The notes under the pieces: model-generated
Told to the model about the DNA's origin: nothing
Seen by the model: only the letters and a program-made list of their open reading frames with translations
Database searches by the model: none
Translations under genes and position numbers: made by a program
Part shown: positions 27,080-36,077 of the stretch, in pieces
How the letters are laid out: each line of letters opens with the position of its first letter
Numbering within the stretch: position 1 is the stretch's first letter
Assembly: GCA_963815215.1 (NCBI GenBank)
Contig: CAWFFU010000011.1
Span: 512,001 to 576,000 of the forward strand
Length of the DNA: 64,000 nucleotides
Reading direction: 5' to 3'
Source of the DNA: an uncultured Trueperaceae bacterium
Lineage (GTDB): Bacteria > Deinococcota > Deinococci > Deinococcales > Trueperaceae

Positions 27080-28804
27080 CTAACCTCCCTCTCCCGGCCG
27101 CCGCCGAGCGAACGCGGTGGACAGTGGCACCAGGGCCGACAGCGTGCTCACGCCCGGACCCTCGGCGGTCTGATCGACCAGCACGAACGAGCGCCAGTGC
27201 TCGTCGTCGGTGACCGGGAAGTCCATCCTGTGGTGGGCCGAGCCGGTCCGGCTCTCGCGGCGCTCGAGCGCGGCCTCGGTCAGCAGCTCGGCGTTGAGCC
27301 GGATGTTGCGCGCCTCGTGCACCCGCATCAAGGCGTGGTGGTGGGCCGCGCCGAGTGCGGTCTCCTCACGCCGCAACTCCTGCAGCGTGGCGAGCGCATG
27401 GCGCAGGCCCTTCTCGGTGCGGCGCACGCCGGCGTAGTCGGTCACGGTGTGGCGGATGCGTTCCTCGAAGGCCTGCCAGGAGGGGCCGCCGGGCTGCCGG
27501 AGGTGGACCGTCGCCTCCGCGATCAGCCCTTCCAGCTCGCCGGGATCGACGTCCGGCAGCGTGGCTCCCTCCTCGAGGTACTGCACGATGCTCTCCCCCG
27601 CGATGTGGCCCAGGGTGGCGGCCCCGGCGATCCCGCCACTGACCGTGGCGCTGTCGCCGGCGGAGAACAGGCCGCGCACCGACGACTCGGCGTTGGCGTC
27701 GACGGCGATGCCGCTGCCGCGGAAGTAGAGCCCGCTGCGGCGGATGCTGAGTTCGGAGATCGATACCTCGATGGGATCGGAACGGAAGTCGACGCCCTTC
27801 TGCCGATAGAACGCCGGCAGCGTGTGCCGGTCGATCTGCAGCGTCTCCTCCATGTGGTCGAGGACGTCGGCCGGAAGGTGGCGGCAGTCGAGGTAGATCG
27901 GGCCGTTGCCCTCCAGGTACTCGTTGATGACGCCGTCGGCAAGGACGGCGCGGCGCGCGTTCTCGCCCTTGGGATCGTAGCGGAACATGAAGCGCTCGCC
28001 CTGGCGGTTGAGGAAGTGGGCGCCCAGGCTGACGAGTGCGTTGAGCCCCTGGGTGGAGAAGCCCTTGGGCGTGAGCGTGGTCTCGGTGAACTCCATGTTG
28101 GCAAGGGTGGCGCCGGCGCGGTAGCCCATCGCCTGTGCGTCCCCGGTGTTGTAGGGGCAGTGCCAGCTGTCGAACGCCAACCCCGAGGCGTTCATCGACA
28201 GGCGGTTGACGTCGCCCGTCGAAAGCACCACGGCGCGCGCCCTGATGTAGTACCAGACGCCCGAGCGGATGTCGAAGGCCAGCACGCCGTAGGCGCGGCC
28301 GTCCTCCACCAGCACCTGGACACCCATGGTGCGGGCCAGCACGGTGGCCTTGCCCCGCCGCACACGCTGACCGATGTGGTGCTTGAAGCGGGTGCCGTCG
28401 AAGTTGATGTGGTACGCACCCGGCAGCCCGAACGAGCGGTGGCGGTCGTAGGTCCCGGTACGCGGATCGGTGAAGTCGACGCCCAGCGCCTCGAGCGTTC
28501 GCAACACGCGCGGCATCTCACGGACCACGCGATCGGTGACCTCCATGTCGACGATGCCGTCGGTCAGTTCGGGGATGTGCTTGAGGAGGAACTCGGGGGT
28601 GTCCCATTCGGGCCCCGTCTCCATGATCGTCAGATAGTGGTCGACGCCGCCGCCGACCGAGCCGCTTCGTTCGAGCAACTTGCCCTTGTCACAGATCACG
28701 ACCTCCAGCCCGGCCTCCAGCGCCGGGATCGCCGCCATGCAGCCGGCGACCCCACCACCGACCACGGCCACGTCGGTCTCGAGCCGGATCACCTCGTCGT
28801 TCAC
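27080..28804 (-). CDS. FAD-dependent oxidoreductase of the SdhA/FrdA/NadB/AprA superfamily (AprA-like)
   Basis: 'VVGGGVAG', 'LERSGS', 'PYNTGD', 'GLFSAGD', 'RRESR...HHRMDFP'; followed by a small ferredoxin and no membrane anchor. Confidence 0.88.
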   Translation of the reverse strand: MNDEVIRLETDVAVVGGGVAGCMAAIPALEAGLEVVICDKGKLLERSGSVGGGVDHYLTIMETGPEWDTPEFLLKHIPELTDGIVDMEVTDRVVREMPRVLRTLEALGVDFTDPRTGTYDRHRSFGLPGAYHINFDGTRFKHHIGQRVRRGKATVLARTMGVQVLVEDGRAYGVLAFDIRSGVWYYIRARAVVLSTGDVNRLSMNASGLAFDSWHCPYNTGDAQAMGYRAGATLANMEFTETTLTPKGFSTQGLNALVSLGAHFLNRQGERFMFRYDPKGENARRAVLADGVINEYLEGNGPIYLDCRHLPADVLDHMEETLQIDRHTLPAFYRQKGVDFRSDPIEVSISELSIRRSGLYFRGSGIAVDANAESSVRGLFSAGDSATVSGGIAGAATLGHIAGESIVQYLEEGATLPDVDPGELEGLIAEATVHLRQPGGPSWQAFEERIRHTVTDYAGVRRTEKGLRHALATLQELRREETALGAAHHHALMRVHEARNIRLNAELLTEAALERRESRTGSAHHRMDFPVTDDEHWRSFVLVDQTAEGPGVSTLSALVPLSTAFARRRPGEGG

Positions 28805-28832
28805 GGCAAGCCTCCTTCAGGGCGATGCACCC

Positions 28833-29954
28833 TCATCCGTCGTACCGCAGGATCTCGATGCCTGCGCCCCCCCGGTCGCTGGTGAACGTCAGGCCGTCCG
28901 CCTGGACGAACACGTCGTTGGTCTGCGGGTGGACGCCCCCCTTGGAGGGAGGGACGTGGCTGGCCACCTCGACCGGCGCGCGGGGGTCGGAGCAGTCGTA
29001 CGCCCGCACGCCCGCGCTGAAGTAGGTCACGAAGATCAGCGTCTCGCTCGAGAACGCGCCGGGACGGTTCTCGTGCAGGTTGTGCGGCCCGAAGCGGGGC
29101 CCGTGCGTGCGCACGGGCCCGTCGGGCTCGGGGAACGTCGAGAGCTCCCTGGGGTGGCTCTCGTCCCGGATGTCGAAGACCCGCACGAGCCGCGGTGTGG
29201 CGTCGGTCTCGGGCGTGGACTTGGCCTCGTCGGTCACCACCAGCAGATCGCGGCCGGGCAGCGGCATGGCGGTGTGGGTGTGGCCGCCGCGCTCGGGCGC
29301 CCACAGCGCCGAGCCGACCACCGTCGGCCGGCTCGGATCGCGGATGTCGAGGATGCGCAACCCACCGTCCCACACGCCAACGTAGGCGCGCTCTCCATGG
29401 ACGATCGCGTGGTGGAGCTTGGGGTTGATGGTGTCGGGCCAGGCGGGTACCTCGCCACCGGCCTCCCATTGGCCCGGCAGCCACCAGCGGCCGGTCTCAC
29501 GGGGGCACGTCGGATCCGCGACGTCCACGATCAACAGCATGCGATCGCGGAAGCCCGGGGCGACGGCCGACAGGTAGACGGTGGGCTCGAGCCCGTCGAT
29601 CCACATCCTGTGCACGCCCCGGCCGCCGGTGTCGTAGAACGACACCTCGCGAGGCCGCGCGGGATCGCTCAGGTCGAAGATCCCGAAGCCGGTACGCGCG
29701 GCCCGTTCCCCGGCACGCCACTCGTAGTTGACGAAGAGCAGGTCGTGAACGATCTGCACCTTCGGGGACATGGTGTTGGCGTAGCCGGGCAGGAAGCCCG
29801 TGAGGACGGGCGCGCGCGGGTCGGACACGTCCAACACCGCAGTCCCGACTCCAGGTTCCATATTGCCGACGTAGAGGTGCCGACCGTGCGACATGAGCTG
29901 CATGGTGCTGCCCTTGCCGCCGAGATCGTGGTGACCGAGGAGTTCGAAGCCCAT
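28833..29954 (-). CDS. LVIVD-repeat beta-propeller protein (putative His-rich metallohydrolase)
   Basis: Repeated 'xDxSDPxxP' blades; 'GVHRMW', 'LHH', 'HTHTA', 'VTDE', 'RFGPHN'. Confidence 0.88.
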   Translation of the reverse strand: MGFELLGHHDLGGKGSTMQLMSHGRHLYVGNMEPGVGTAVLDVSDPRAPVLTGFLPGYANTMSPKVQIVHDLLFVNYEWRAGERAARTGFGIFDLSDPARPREVSFYDTGGRGVHRMWIDGLEPTVYLSAVAPGFRDRMLLIVDVADPTCPRETGRWWLPGQWEAGGEVPAWPDTINPKLHHAIVHGERAYVGVWDGGLRILDIRDPSRPTVVGSALWAPERGGHTHTAMPLPGRDLLVVTDEAKSTPETDATPRLVRVFDIRDESHPRELSTFPEPDGPVRTHGPRFGPHNLHENRPGAFSSETLIFVTYFSAGVRAYDCSDPRAPVEVASHVPPSKGGVHPQTNDVFVQADGLTFTSDRGGAGIEILRYDG

Positions 29955-29967
29955 CGAGATCCCTAAC

Positions 29968-30987
29968 CTACTGAATGGCGGCGACCGCCTGCTTGAGGAC
30001 CGGCACGATGCTCTGACCGGCCGCGGCGATCTGTTCGACCTTCGGCTGCTCCTCGGCGCCCTGCATGGGCACGATGATGAGGCCCTGCTTCTTGGCGTCG
30101 GCCAGCAGGCCGGGATCGTGGAGCGCCGCCCACACGGCCGAGCGCATGGCGCTCACGGCGGCCTCGGGCATGCCGGGAGGTCCGAAGAAGCTCCGGTGCA
30201 TGGTGATCATGTTGACGATCGCCTGGACCAGGGTCTTGTCCTGGCCCTGCGTGACCTCGACGGCGGTGGGCACGTTCGGGTAGCCCGCCTCGCGGGCGTC
30301 GCCGATAATCAGGATCGGGCGCAGGTCGCCCGCCTGGATACCTGCCAGCGAGGAGTGCCAGGCCGTGATGTGACCGTCTCCCTCGCCCTTGATGACGGCC
30401 AGGGTGGTGTCGGCGTTGCCCTGGTAGCCGGTGACGGCCTTGAGCTCGAAGTTCAGGGCCTTGGCCAGCACCGCCATGGTGTAGAAGTCCTCGTCGGTAC
30501 CCTGGGTCGGGAAGACGAAGGGGCGGCCCAGGTTCTGGACGTCCTGGATGCTCTTGATCTTCGACTTGCCTCCCACCACCAGCACACGCGCCTCGGTGGC
30601 TGCGCGCCCCAGGTAGATGAACTTGGTGGCGTCGAACTCGACGCCCTTGCTGCCGGAGAGCTGCGCCAGTACCAGTGCCGGCACGCTCGTGAAGGCGATC
30701 GTCATGCCATCAGGCTTGGCGTGCCACAGGTAGTTGGCACCCACCACGCCGCCGGCGCCCTGCATGTTCTTGACGCGCACGTCGGCTGCGCCGAGGTGCT
30801 TGGCGATGTAGGGGGCGATCATGCGGGCGTACTGCGTCATCTGGCCGCTGGGGCTGTTGGGCAGGATCAGGGTGACCGTCTTGCCCTTGTAGTAGTCCGA
30901 GCCGCTCTGGGCCATCGTCATGCCGCCGAAGAGCGCGAGGGCGGCGATCAGCCCAGTCAGGATGTTGAAGCGTGCCTTCCGTCCCAC
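29968..30987 (-). CDS. Tripartite tricarboxylate transporter substrate-binding protein (TctC/Bug)
   Basis: Signal peptide; 'YYKGKTVTLI', 'NMQGAGGVVGAN', 'AKPDGMTI', 'VTGYQG', 'PPGMP'. Confidence 0.9.
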   Translation of the reverse strand: MGRKARFNILTGLIAALALFGGMTMAQSGSDYYKGKTVTLILPNSPSGQMTQYARMIAPYIAKHLGAADVRVKNMQGAGGVVGANYLWHAKPDGMTIAFTSVPALVLAQLSGSKGVEFDATKFIYLGRAATEARVLVVGGKSKIKSIQDVQNLGRPFVFPTQGTDEDFYTMAVLAKALNFELKAVTGYQGNADTTLAVIKGEGDGHITAWHSSLAGIQAGDLRPILIIGDAREAGYPNVPTAVEVTQGQDKTLVQAIVNMITMHRSFFGPPGMPEAAVSAMRSAVWAALHDPGLLADAKKQGLIIVPMQGAEEQPKVEQIAAAGQSIVPVLKQAVAAIQ

Positions 30988-31065
30988 AGTTGCCTCCAGG
31001 TTCAGGTCGTGTCAGTCGTCAGGTCGTCGAACGTCGTACCTTCGCCTCCGCTCCTTCCCGACCGT

Positions 31066-31599
31066 TCAGAACGGTCCCGGCAGGATGCCGTAGTACATCT
31101 GGGTGTTCAGCAGCACGACGAAGAGCAGGTAGAGCGCCCCACTCACGCCGAATGAGAGGGCCAGCACGCTGTACCAGCGCAGCCGCCCGATGACGGCCGC
31201 GTAGCCGAACACGAACAGGAAGATGCCCGTGATGGGGCCGAGCAGCAGCACCAGGCCCAGCAGGATCCCCAGCAACACGAAGGCGACGACCTCGCGGCGG
31301 GCCCGCGTGCCGGGTGGGTGGGCGGTGGCGACGCTCGCCCGCGACGCCCGTGCCTTGTCCGTCAGGCCCTCGCGCGCGCTGCGCCGCGTCAACATCTCCA
31401 GCACGTCGACGTGCAGATCGTCGGGCGAGCCGGTGTTCTGCACCACGAGTTGGGCGATCACCAGGATCAGCGAGAACACCGCCACGGGCACGGGCACCAG
31501 CCGCGAGCGCGGGCCATAGCTCATGCTGACGACGATGACAGCGACCAAGATGCCGGCCAGCACGATGGCGAGGACGTTCTCCTGGGCACGGCGGCTCAC
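31066..31599 (-). CDS. Tripartite tricarboxylate transporter small membrane subunit TctB
   Basis: GTG overlapping the tctA stop; 4-5 TM helices; lies between tctA and tctC. Confidence 0.85.
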   Translation of the reverse strand: MSRRAQENVLAIVLAGILVAVIVVSMSYGPRSRLVPVPVAVFSLILVIAQLVVQNTGSPDDLHVDVLEMLTRRSAREGLTDKARASRASVATAHPPGTRARREVVAFVLLGILLGLVLLLGPITGIFLFVFGYAAVIGRLRWYSVLALSFGVSGALYLLFVVLLNTQMYYGILPGPF

Positions 31600-33098
31600 G
31601 GCTCCCTCGCTTCCGCGGCCGCCCGCCGGCGCGCCAGGCGCCGACGCACGATCGGGAACGCGGTCGTGAACAGGATGAACAGGAACATGGCCAGCGTGAC
31701 GGGACGCGTGAAGATGAAGGTGGCGCCGTAGAGCGTCAGCGAGATGTGCAGGTCGCGCTCGATCATGGTGGCGAGCACCATGCCGATGACGAAGTCGGCG
31801 CGCGAGTAGTTGTACTTGTCCATGACGTAGCCGACCACCCCGAAGATGGCGGCGACCGCCACGTCGCCGATGCGTCCGTGGGTGGCGTAGGCCCCCATGA
31901 AGCACACCGCCAGCACCGTCGGCACCAGGTAGCGCGACGGCAGCTTGGCCGAGCGCGCCAGCGTCCGGGCGCTCAGCAGCCCGATCACCGTGGTGAGGAT
32001 GTTGGCGATCACGATGATCCACACCATGGTGAAGACCAGGCTCAGGTTGGTGGTGAGCATCTGGCGGCCCGGCGTGATGCCCATGTTGATGAACGCGGCC
32101 AGCAGGATGGCCATGCTCTCGCCACCGGGGATGCCGAAGGCCAGGGTGGGGAGCAGGCCGCCGCCTTCGGTGGCGGCCAGCGTGGCGTCCGGCCCGATGA
32201 CGCCCTCGACCGCACCGTGACCGAAGCGCTCGGGATGCTTCGAGGTCTGGGCGGCCTGCGCGTAGGCGGCGATGCCGCCGACGCTGGCGCCCACCCCCGG
32301 CAGCACGCCGATCCACAGCCCGAGCAGGCTGGAGCGCACCACCAGCCACCAGTGGCGGAAGGTGTCCTGGACGCCGTCCCACACGGTGCTCGACTCAGTG
32401 TCGACCTGCGCCTCCACCACCGAACCGCCCTTGACGAACAGCTTCAACATCTGTGACACCGCGAACAGCCCGATCATCGCCACCGGGAACGAGATGCCGT
32501 CGAGCAAGAAGAGGTTGCCGAAGGTGTAGCGGGCGGTGCCGGTGATGGGGTCCATGCCGATGAAGGCGACCAGGATGCCGAGGCCGGCGGCGATGAGCCC
32601 CTTCACCACCGAGCCCTCGCTGAAGGTGGCGATGATGGTCAGGCCCCAGAGCGCCATCATGAAGTACTCGCTGGGGCCGAGCGCCAGCATGAGCGGCCTT
32701 ACGACGGGGATGGTGGCGACCAGGAAGACCGCGCCGATGACGCCGCCGAGGAGTGCGGCCATGGCCGAAGCGCCCAGCGCCCGCGCGCCCTCGCCGCGCT
32801 GCGTCATCGGATAGCCGTCGAAGACGCTGGTGATGGTCTTGGCGGCCCCCGGCACGTTGAACAAGATGCCGGTGATGGAACCGCCCCAGACGGTGGCCGC
32901 GTGGGCTCCGAGGAGCAAAGCCAATGCGGCCGCCGGCTGGAATCCGAAGGTGAAGGGCAGCACCAGCGCCATCGCGACGATCCCGCCCAGGCCGGGCAAC
33001 ACGCCGATGACGAGCCCGTAGATCACGCCCACGACCATGAACAGGATCGATTGCGGCGTGAACAGCGCCAACAGTCCGGTCACGGCGGCGGTAATCAC
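31596..33098 (-). CDS. Tripartite tricarboxylate transporter large permease TctA
   Basis: 'IGVLPGLG', 'GILFNVPG', 'DGYPM', 'PTLAFGIPG'. Confidence 0.93.
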   Translation of the reverse strand: MITAAVTGLLALFTPQSILFMVVGVIYGLVIGVLPGLGGIVAMALVLPFTFGFQPAAALALLLGAHAATVWGGSITGILFNVPGAAKTITSVFDGYPMTQRGEGARALGASAMAALLGGVIGAVFLVATIPVVRPLMLALGPSEYFMMALWGLTIIATFSEGSVVKGLIAAGLGILVAFIGMDPITGTARYTFGNLFLLDGISFPVAMIGLFAVSQMLKLFVKGGSVVEAQVDTESSTVWDGVQDTFRHWWLVVRSSLLGLWIGVLPGVGASVGGIAAYAQAAQTSKHPERFGHGAVEGVIGPDATLAATEGGGLLPTLAFGIPGGESMAILLAAFINMGITPGRQMLTTNLSLVFTMVWIIVIANILTTVIGLLSARTLARSAKLPSRYLVPTVLAVCFMGAYATHGRIGDVAVAAIFGVVGYVMDKYNYSRADFVIGMVLATMIERDLHISLTLYGATFIFTRPVTLAMFLFILFTTAFPIVRRRLARRRAAAEAREP

Positions 33099-33113
33099 TC
33101 CCAGCGCTCCCTT

Positions 33114-34175
33114 CTAGCCCAGAAGCTCGGCGACGTCGACCATCCTGCCCTCGCGGCTCGAGCGGACCGCGGCCAGCATCACCGCGACGTTGCGGGTCGC
33201 CACCTGGGCATCGACCTCGGCGGCGGTCTCGCCGCGCACCGTCCGCGCGAACTCCTCCACCTCGTCGCGCAGGTGGTCGACGCGCGGCACCTCCACCGCG
33301 ACATCGGTGAGCTCGAAGTCGTCGGGATCGTCGGTGGCGCGCGCGAAAGCCCGCTTGGTCAAGGTCGAATGTTCGTCGGTCACGTCCGAGTTGCTCCACC
33401 AACTGAAGTCGAGCTGGTAGAACAGGTCGCCCGTGGTGCCGTAGACGTTGATGGAGAAGACGCCGGGACAGGCCCAGTTCGTCCCCAGGTAAGCCATCTG
33501 GCCGCTCTCGAACTCCAGCAGCGTGACGTTGACGGTGTCGTTCTCGACCCGGGTGTACATGGGCTTGCCGAAGGTGGCGACGCGCCTCACCGGGCCGAGC
33601 AGGTACTGCAGGTTGTCGATCTGGTGGATGCCGAGCTGCGTCAGCGGCCCGCCAGGAGCCTTCTCGGGATCGCCGCGCCAGTTCCCGGGCTCGATCTGCA
33701 GGCCGCGCTCGTTGGCGAACACCGCCTCGATGACCGAGACGTCTCCGATCTCGCCCGCGTCCATCAGCGCCTTGATCTTCCGCAGGCCGCCCAGGCGCCG
33801 GGCGGAGTGCCCGCAGCTGAACACCACGCCCGCAGCCGCCACCGCACGCTCGATGCGGCGTGCGTCGACGAGCGAGACCGCGATGGGCTTCTCCACGAAG
33901 GCGTGCTTGCCGGCCGCCGCCGCCTGCTCGATGACGTCGGCGTGATGGTCGTTCGGTACCGTCACCACCACGCCCTCGATATCGTCGCGCGCCAGCAGCG
34001 CTTCGAGGCTGGCATCCTGAGCGCAGCCGTAGCGATCCGCGAAGGCGTCGCGCTTGCCCTGCGAGCGGCTGAAACAGCTCACCAGCTCGACCTCGCCGCT
34101 GCGGGTGTAGGCGTCCGCCAGCACGTTGGCCCAGCGCCCCAGCCCCACGGCGGCCACGCGCACGGGCCGGCTCAT
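33114..34175 (-). CDS. Gfo/Idh/MocA family NAD(P)-dependent oxidoreductase
   Basis: 'VGLGRW', 'VPNDHH', 'GKHAFVEKPIA', 'GIHQID'. Confidence 0.92.
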   Translation of the reverse strand: MSRPVRVAAVGLGRWANVLADAYTRSGEVELVSCFSRSQGKRDAFADRYGCAQDASLEALLARDDIEGVVVTVPNDHHADVIEQAAAAGKHAFVEKPIAVSLVDARRIERAVAAAGVVFSCGHSARRLGGLRKIKALMDAGEIGDVSVIEAVFANERGLQIEPGNWRGDPEKAPGGPLTQLGIHQIDNLQYLLGPVRRVATFGKPMYTRVENDTVNVTLLEFESGQMAYLGTNWACPGVFSINVYGTTGDLFYQLDFSWWSNSDVTDEHSTLTKRAFARATDDPDDFELTDVAVEVPRVDHLRDEVEEFARTVRGETAAEVDAQVATRNVAVMLAAVRSSREGRMVDVAELLG

Positions 34176-34215
34176 CGCGGCTCCCCGGCTCCGGGGGTCG
34201 AGGCTCTTTGCATCC

Positions 34216-35370
34216 TCACGCGCTCCGGTAGAGCTTGGTGAGCACGAACTCGCGATGCCCGAGGGCTTCGGCGCAGGTGCGGCGGCCGCGGACGGTCCGC
34301 TCCACCACCGTCATGAGCTGCTCGCCCGCGCCTTCCACGTCGATCTCCCGGCGCAGCAGCCCGCTGACGTCGAGGTCGATGTGCTCGGTCATGGTCCCGG
34401 CGGTGATGGGATTGCCCGTCAGCTTGATCACCGGCTCGATGGGGTTGCCCACGATGTTGCCCTGGCCGGTCGGGAACAGGTGGATCACGGCGCCGGCGGC
34501 CGCCATGAGGGTGATGCACTCGGCGGCCGCCGAGGAGGTGTCCATGAAGTTCAGGCCCTTGCGACTCGGCGCCACGGCCGGCTCGAGCACGTCGACCACC
34601 GGCTTGGTGCCGGTCTTCTCGATGTTGCCGAGCGCCTTCTCCTCGATGGTGCTGAGGCCCCCACGGATGTTGCCCTGGGTGGGTTGCGAGCCCATCAGAT
34701 CGGCGTCCTGCTCGTCGATCATTCGGATGTAGGCGTCGTAGGTCTCCTGGAAGCGCCGGCGCACATCGTCGTCGACGCAGCGCTCGGCGATGAGGTGCTC
34801 GCCGCCGGTGAGTTCGGACGTCTCGCCGAACAGCACCGTACCGCCCGCCTCGACCACCTTGTCGACCACCTGCGCCACCGTGGGGCACGATGCCAGACCG
34901 GTGGTGGTATCGCTCTCGCCGCACTTGATGCTGAGCGTGATCTCGCCCAGCTCGATCGGCTCGCGGGGGATCTCGCCGGCCTCCTGGACGAAGCGCTGCG
35001 CGGCGCGCGCCGCGACCTTGATGGTCTCCAGGTCACCGTGGCGTTCGATGGAGAAACCCTGCACCGGGGTGCCCTGCGCGCGGATGCCCTCGACGACGAG
35101 CTCGGTCCAGTTGGGCTCGATGCCGATCACGATGGCCGCGGCCACGTTCGGGTTGGAGCCGGTGCCGATCAAGGTCCGGAAATGGAGCTCCAGGTCCTCG
35201 CCGAACTGCAACCGTCCGTACGGGTGCGGGATGGCCAGCGCTTCGGGAACGAGCCGCGCCACCCCTTCGGCGGCTGCGTTGGAGATGTCGTCGACGGGGA
35301 TGACGACCACGTGGTTGCGGATGCCGACGCGGCCGTTGGCCCGCCTGTAGCCGGTGAGTTCCGATGCCAT
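34216..35370 (-). CDS. suyB: (2R)-sulfolactate sulfo-lyase beta subunit (UxaA family)
   Basis: '[21 protein letters not shown]', '[30 protein letters not shown]', '[11 protein letters not shown]', ending 'LTKLYRSA' match SuyB as I recall it. Confidence 0.85.
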   Translation of the reverse strand: MASELTGYRRANGRVGIRNHVVVIPVDDISNAAAEGVARLVPEALAIPHPYGRLQFGEDLELHFRTLIGTGSNPNVAAAIVIGIEPNWTELVVEGIRAQGTPVQGFSIERHGDLETIKVAARAAQRFVQEAGEIPREPIELGEITLSIKCGESDTTTGLASCPTVAQVVDKVVEAGGTVLFGETSELTGGEHLIAERCVDDDVRRRFQETYDAYIRMIDEQDADLMGSQPTQGNIRGGLSTIEEKALGNIEKTGTKPVVDVLEPAVAPSRKGLNFMDTSSAAAECITLMAAAGAVIHLFPTGQGNIVGNPIEPVIKLTGNPITAGTMTEHIDLDVSGLLRREIDVEGAGEQLMTVVERTVRGRRTCAEALGHREFVLTKLYRSA

Positions 35371-35383
35371 GGTGCTCCCTCTC

Positions 35384-35662
35384 CTACCAGCGCGCCGAAC
35401 GGATGTTGTGGGTGTGGACGTAGTCGCCGACCTCGATGTCGCCCGTGGCGATGCCGACGCGCGTGCCGTACTCGGTGACCTCGTCGCCGCGCTTCAAGGC
35501 GCGGACGGCGATCTTGTGGCTGAGCGGAACCGCGCCGCGCGCGGTGATACCGACCTCGCCGCCGGTATCCATGAAGATGCCGACGATCGCGTCACCGACG
35601 TCGATGTCTTCGGTTGCGACCCCGACGTCGTCGCCTTCGTTATGGACCAGGAACTTGTGGAT
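35384..35662 (-). CDS. suyA: Sulfolactate sulfo-lyase alpha subunit (SAF domain); start codon uncertain (probably ATC)
   Basis: '[13 protein letters not shown]', 'VPLSHKIA', '[11 protein letters not shown]'; directly upstream of suyB. Confidence 0.85.
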   Translation of the reverse strand: MHKFLVHNEGDDVGVATEDIDVGDAIVGIFMDTGGEVGITARGAVPLSHKIAVRALKRGDEVTEYGTRVGIATGDIEVGDYVHTHNIRSARW

Positions 35663-35748
35663 GGCGGACCACCTCCCCTGTGGGCGCCGAGTCGGCCCCA
35701 CATGGTCCGGGCGCCTCAGGAGCCCGGCCGCTTGATTGCGATGGCGCC

Positions 35749-35778
35749 ATTCTAGGGGGCGGCTCCCATCAATGTCAA
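35749..35778 (-). promoter_or_regulatory. Sigma70-type promoter of the suyAB operon
   Basis: TTGACA (35778-35773), 18-nt spacer, TAGAAT (35754-35749). Confidence 0.8.
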
Positions 35779-35802
35779 TTTTCAATTTTCTGTCGAAAAT
35801 TG
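35773..35802. promoter_or_regulatory. Putative GntR operator 1
   Basis: Minus-strand CAGAAAATTGAAAATTGACA (35792-35773) plus inverted repeat CAATTTTC-N4-GAAAATTG (35783-35802). Confidence 0.7.
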
Positions 35803-35819
35803 GCGACACACGAAGCCAC

Positions 35820-35847
35820 GGCCCCGCACCCTGCTACGGGCGGGGCC
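35820..35847 (-). terminator. GC-rich hairpin after the gntR operon, possible terminator
   Basis: GGCCCCGC...GCGGGGCC 8-bp stem, 5 nt past the stop at 35853; no clear U-tract. Confidence 0.4.
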
Positions 35848-35852
35848 GGCGT

Positions 35853-36074
35853 CTACTCCCGCAGCGCCGCGTCGGCTGCCGGCGTCACGCCGGCGAGATC
35901 GCGCCCACACCAGGGGCAGTAGCGCACCGTCACGCGCTGCTGACGGGCCGGGACGCCCGGCGGCACGCTCGTCAGCACCCACGATCGGCTACGCGAGCTA
36001 TAGAAGACGAGGCCCTCGATCTGCCCCGTCTCGGGTCGACAGACGTGGCTCGAGCCGCGAACATCATCGCTCAT
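35853..36074 (-). CDS. Small hypothetical protein with HxC...YCPWCG motif
   Basis: ATG 3 nt after the upstream stop, SD-like GAGG; CxxC motif. Confidence 0.6.
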   Translation of the reverse strand: MSDDVRGSSHVCRPETGQIEGLVFYSSRSRSWVLTSVPPGVPARQQRVTVRYCPWCGRDLAGVTPAADAALRE

Positions 36075-36077
36075 GCC

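Noticed and set aside
26764..28804. Dissimilatory APS reductase (aprBA) or succinate dehydrogenase
   Set aside because: Shorter flavoprotein, non-canonical ferredoxin motif, and no sat/qmo/aprM or sdhCD in the window.
34216..35662. Altronate/galactarate dehydratase (uxaA/garD)
   Set aside because: 'DDISN', 'YGRLQFG' and 'KCGESD' fit the SuyB subgroup better than UxaA ('CGGSD').
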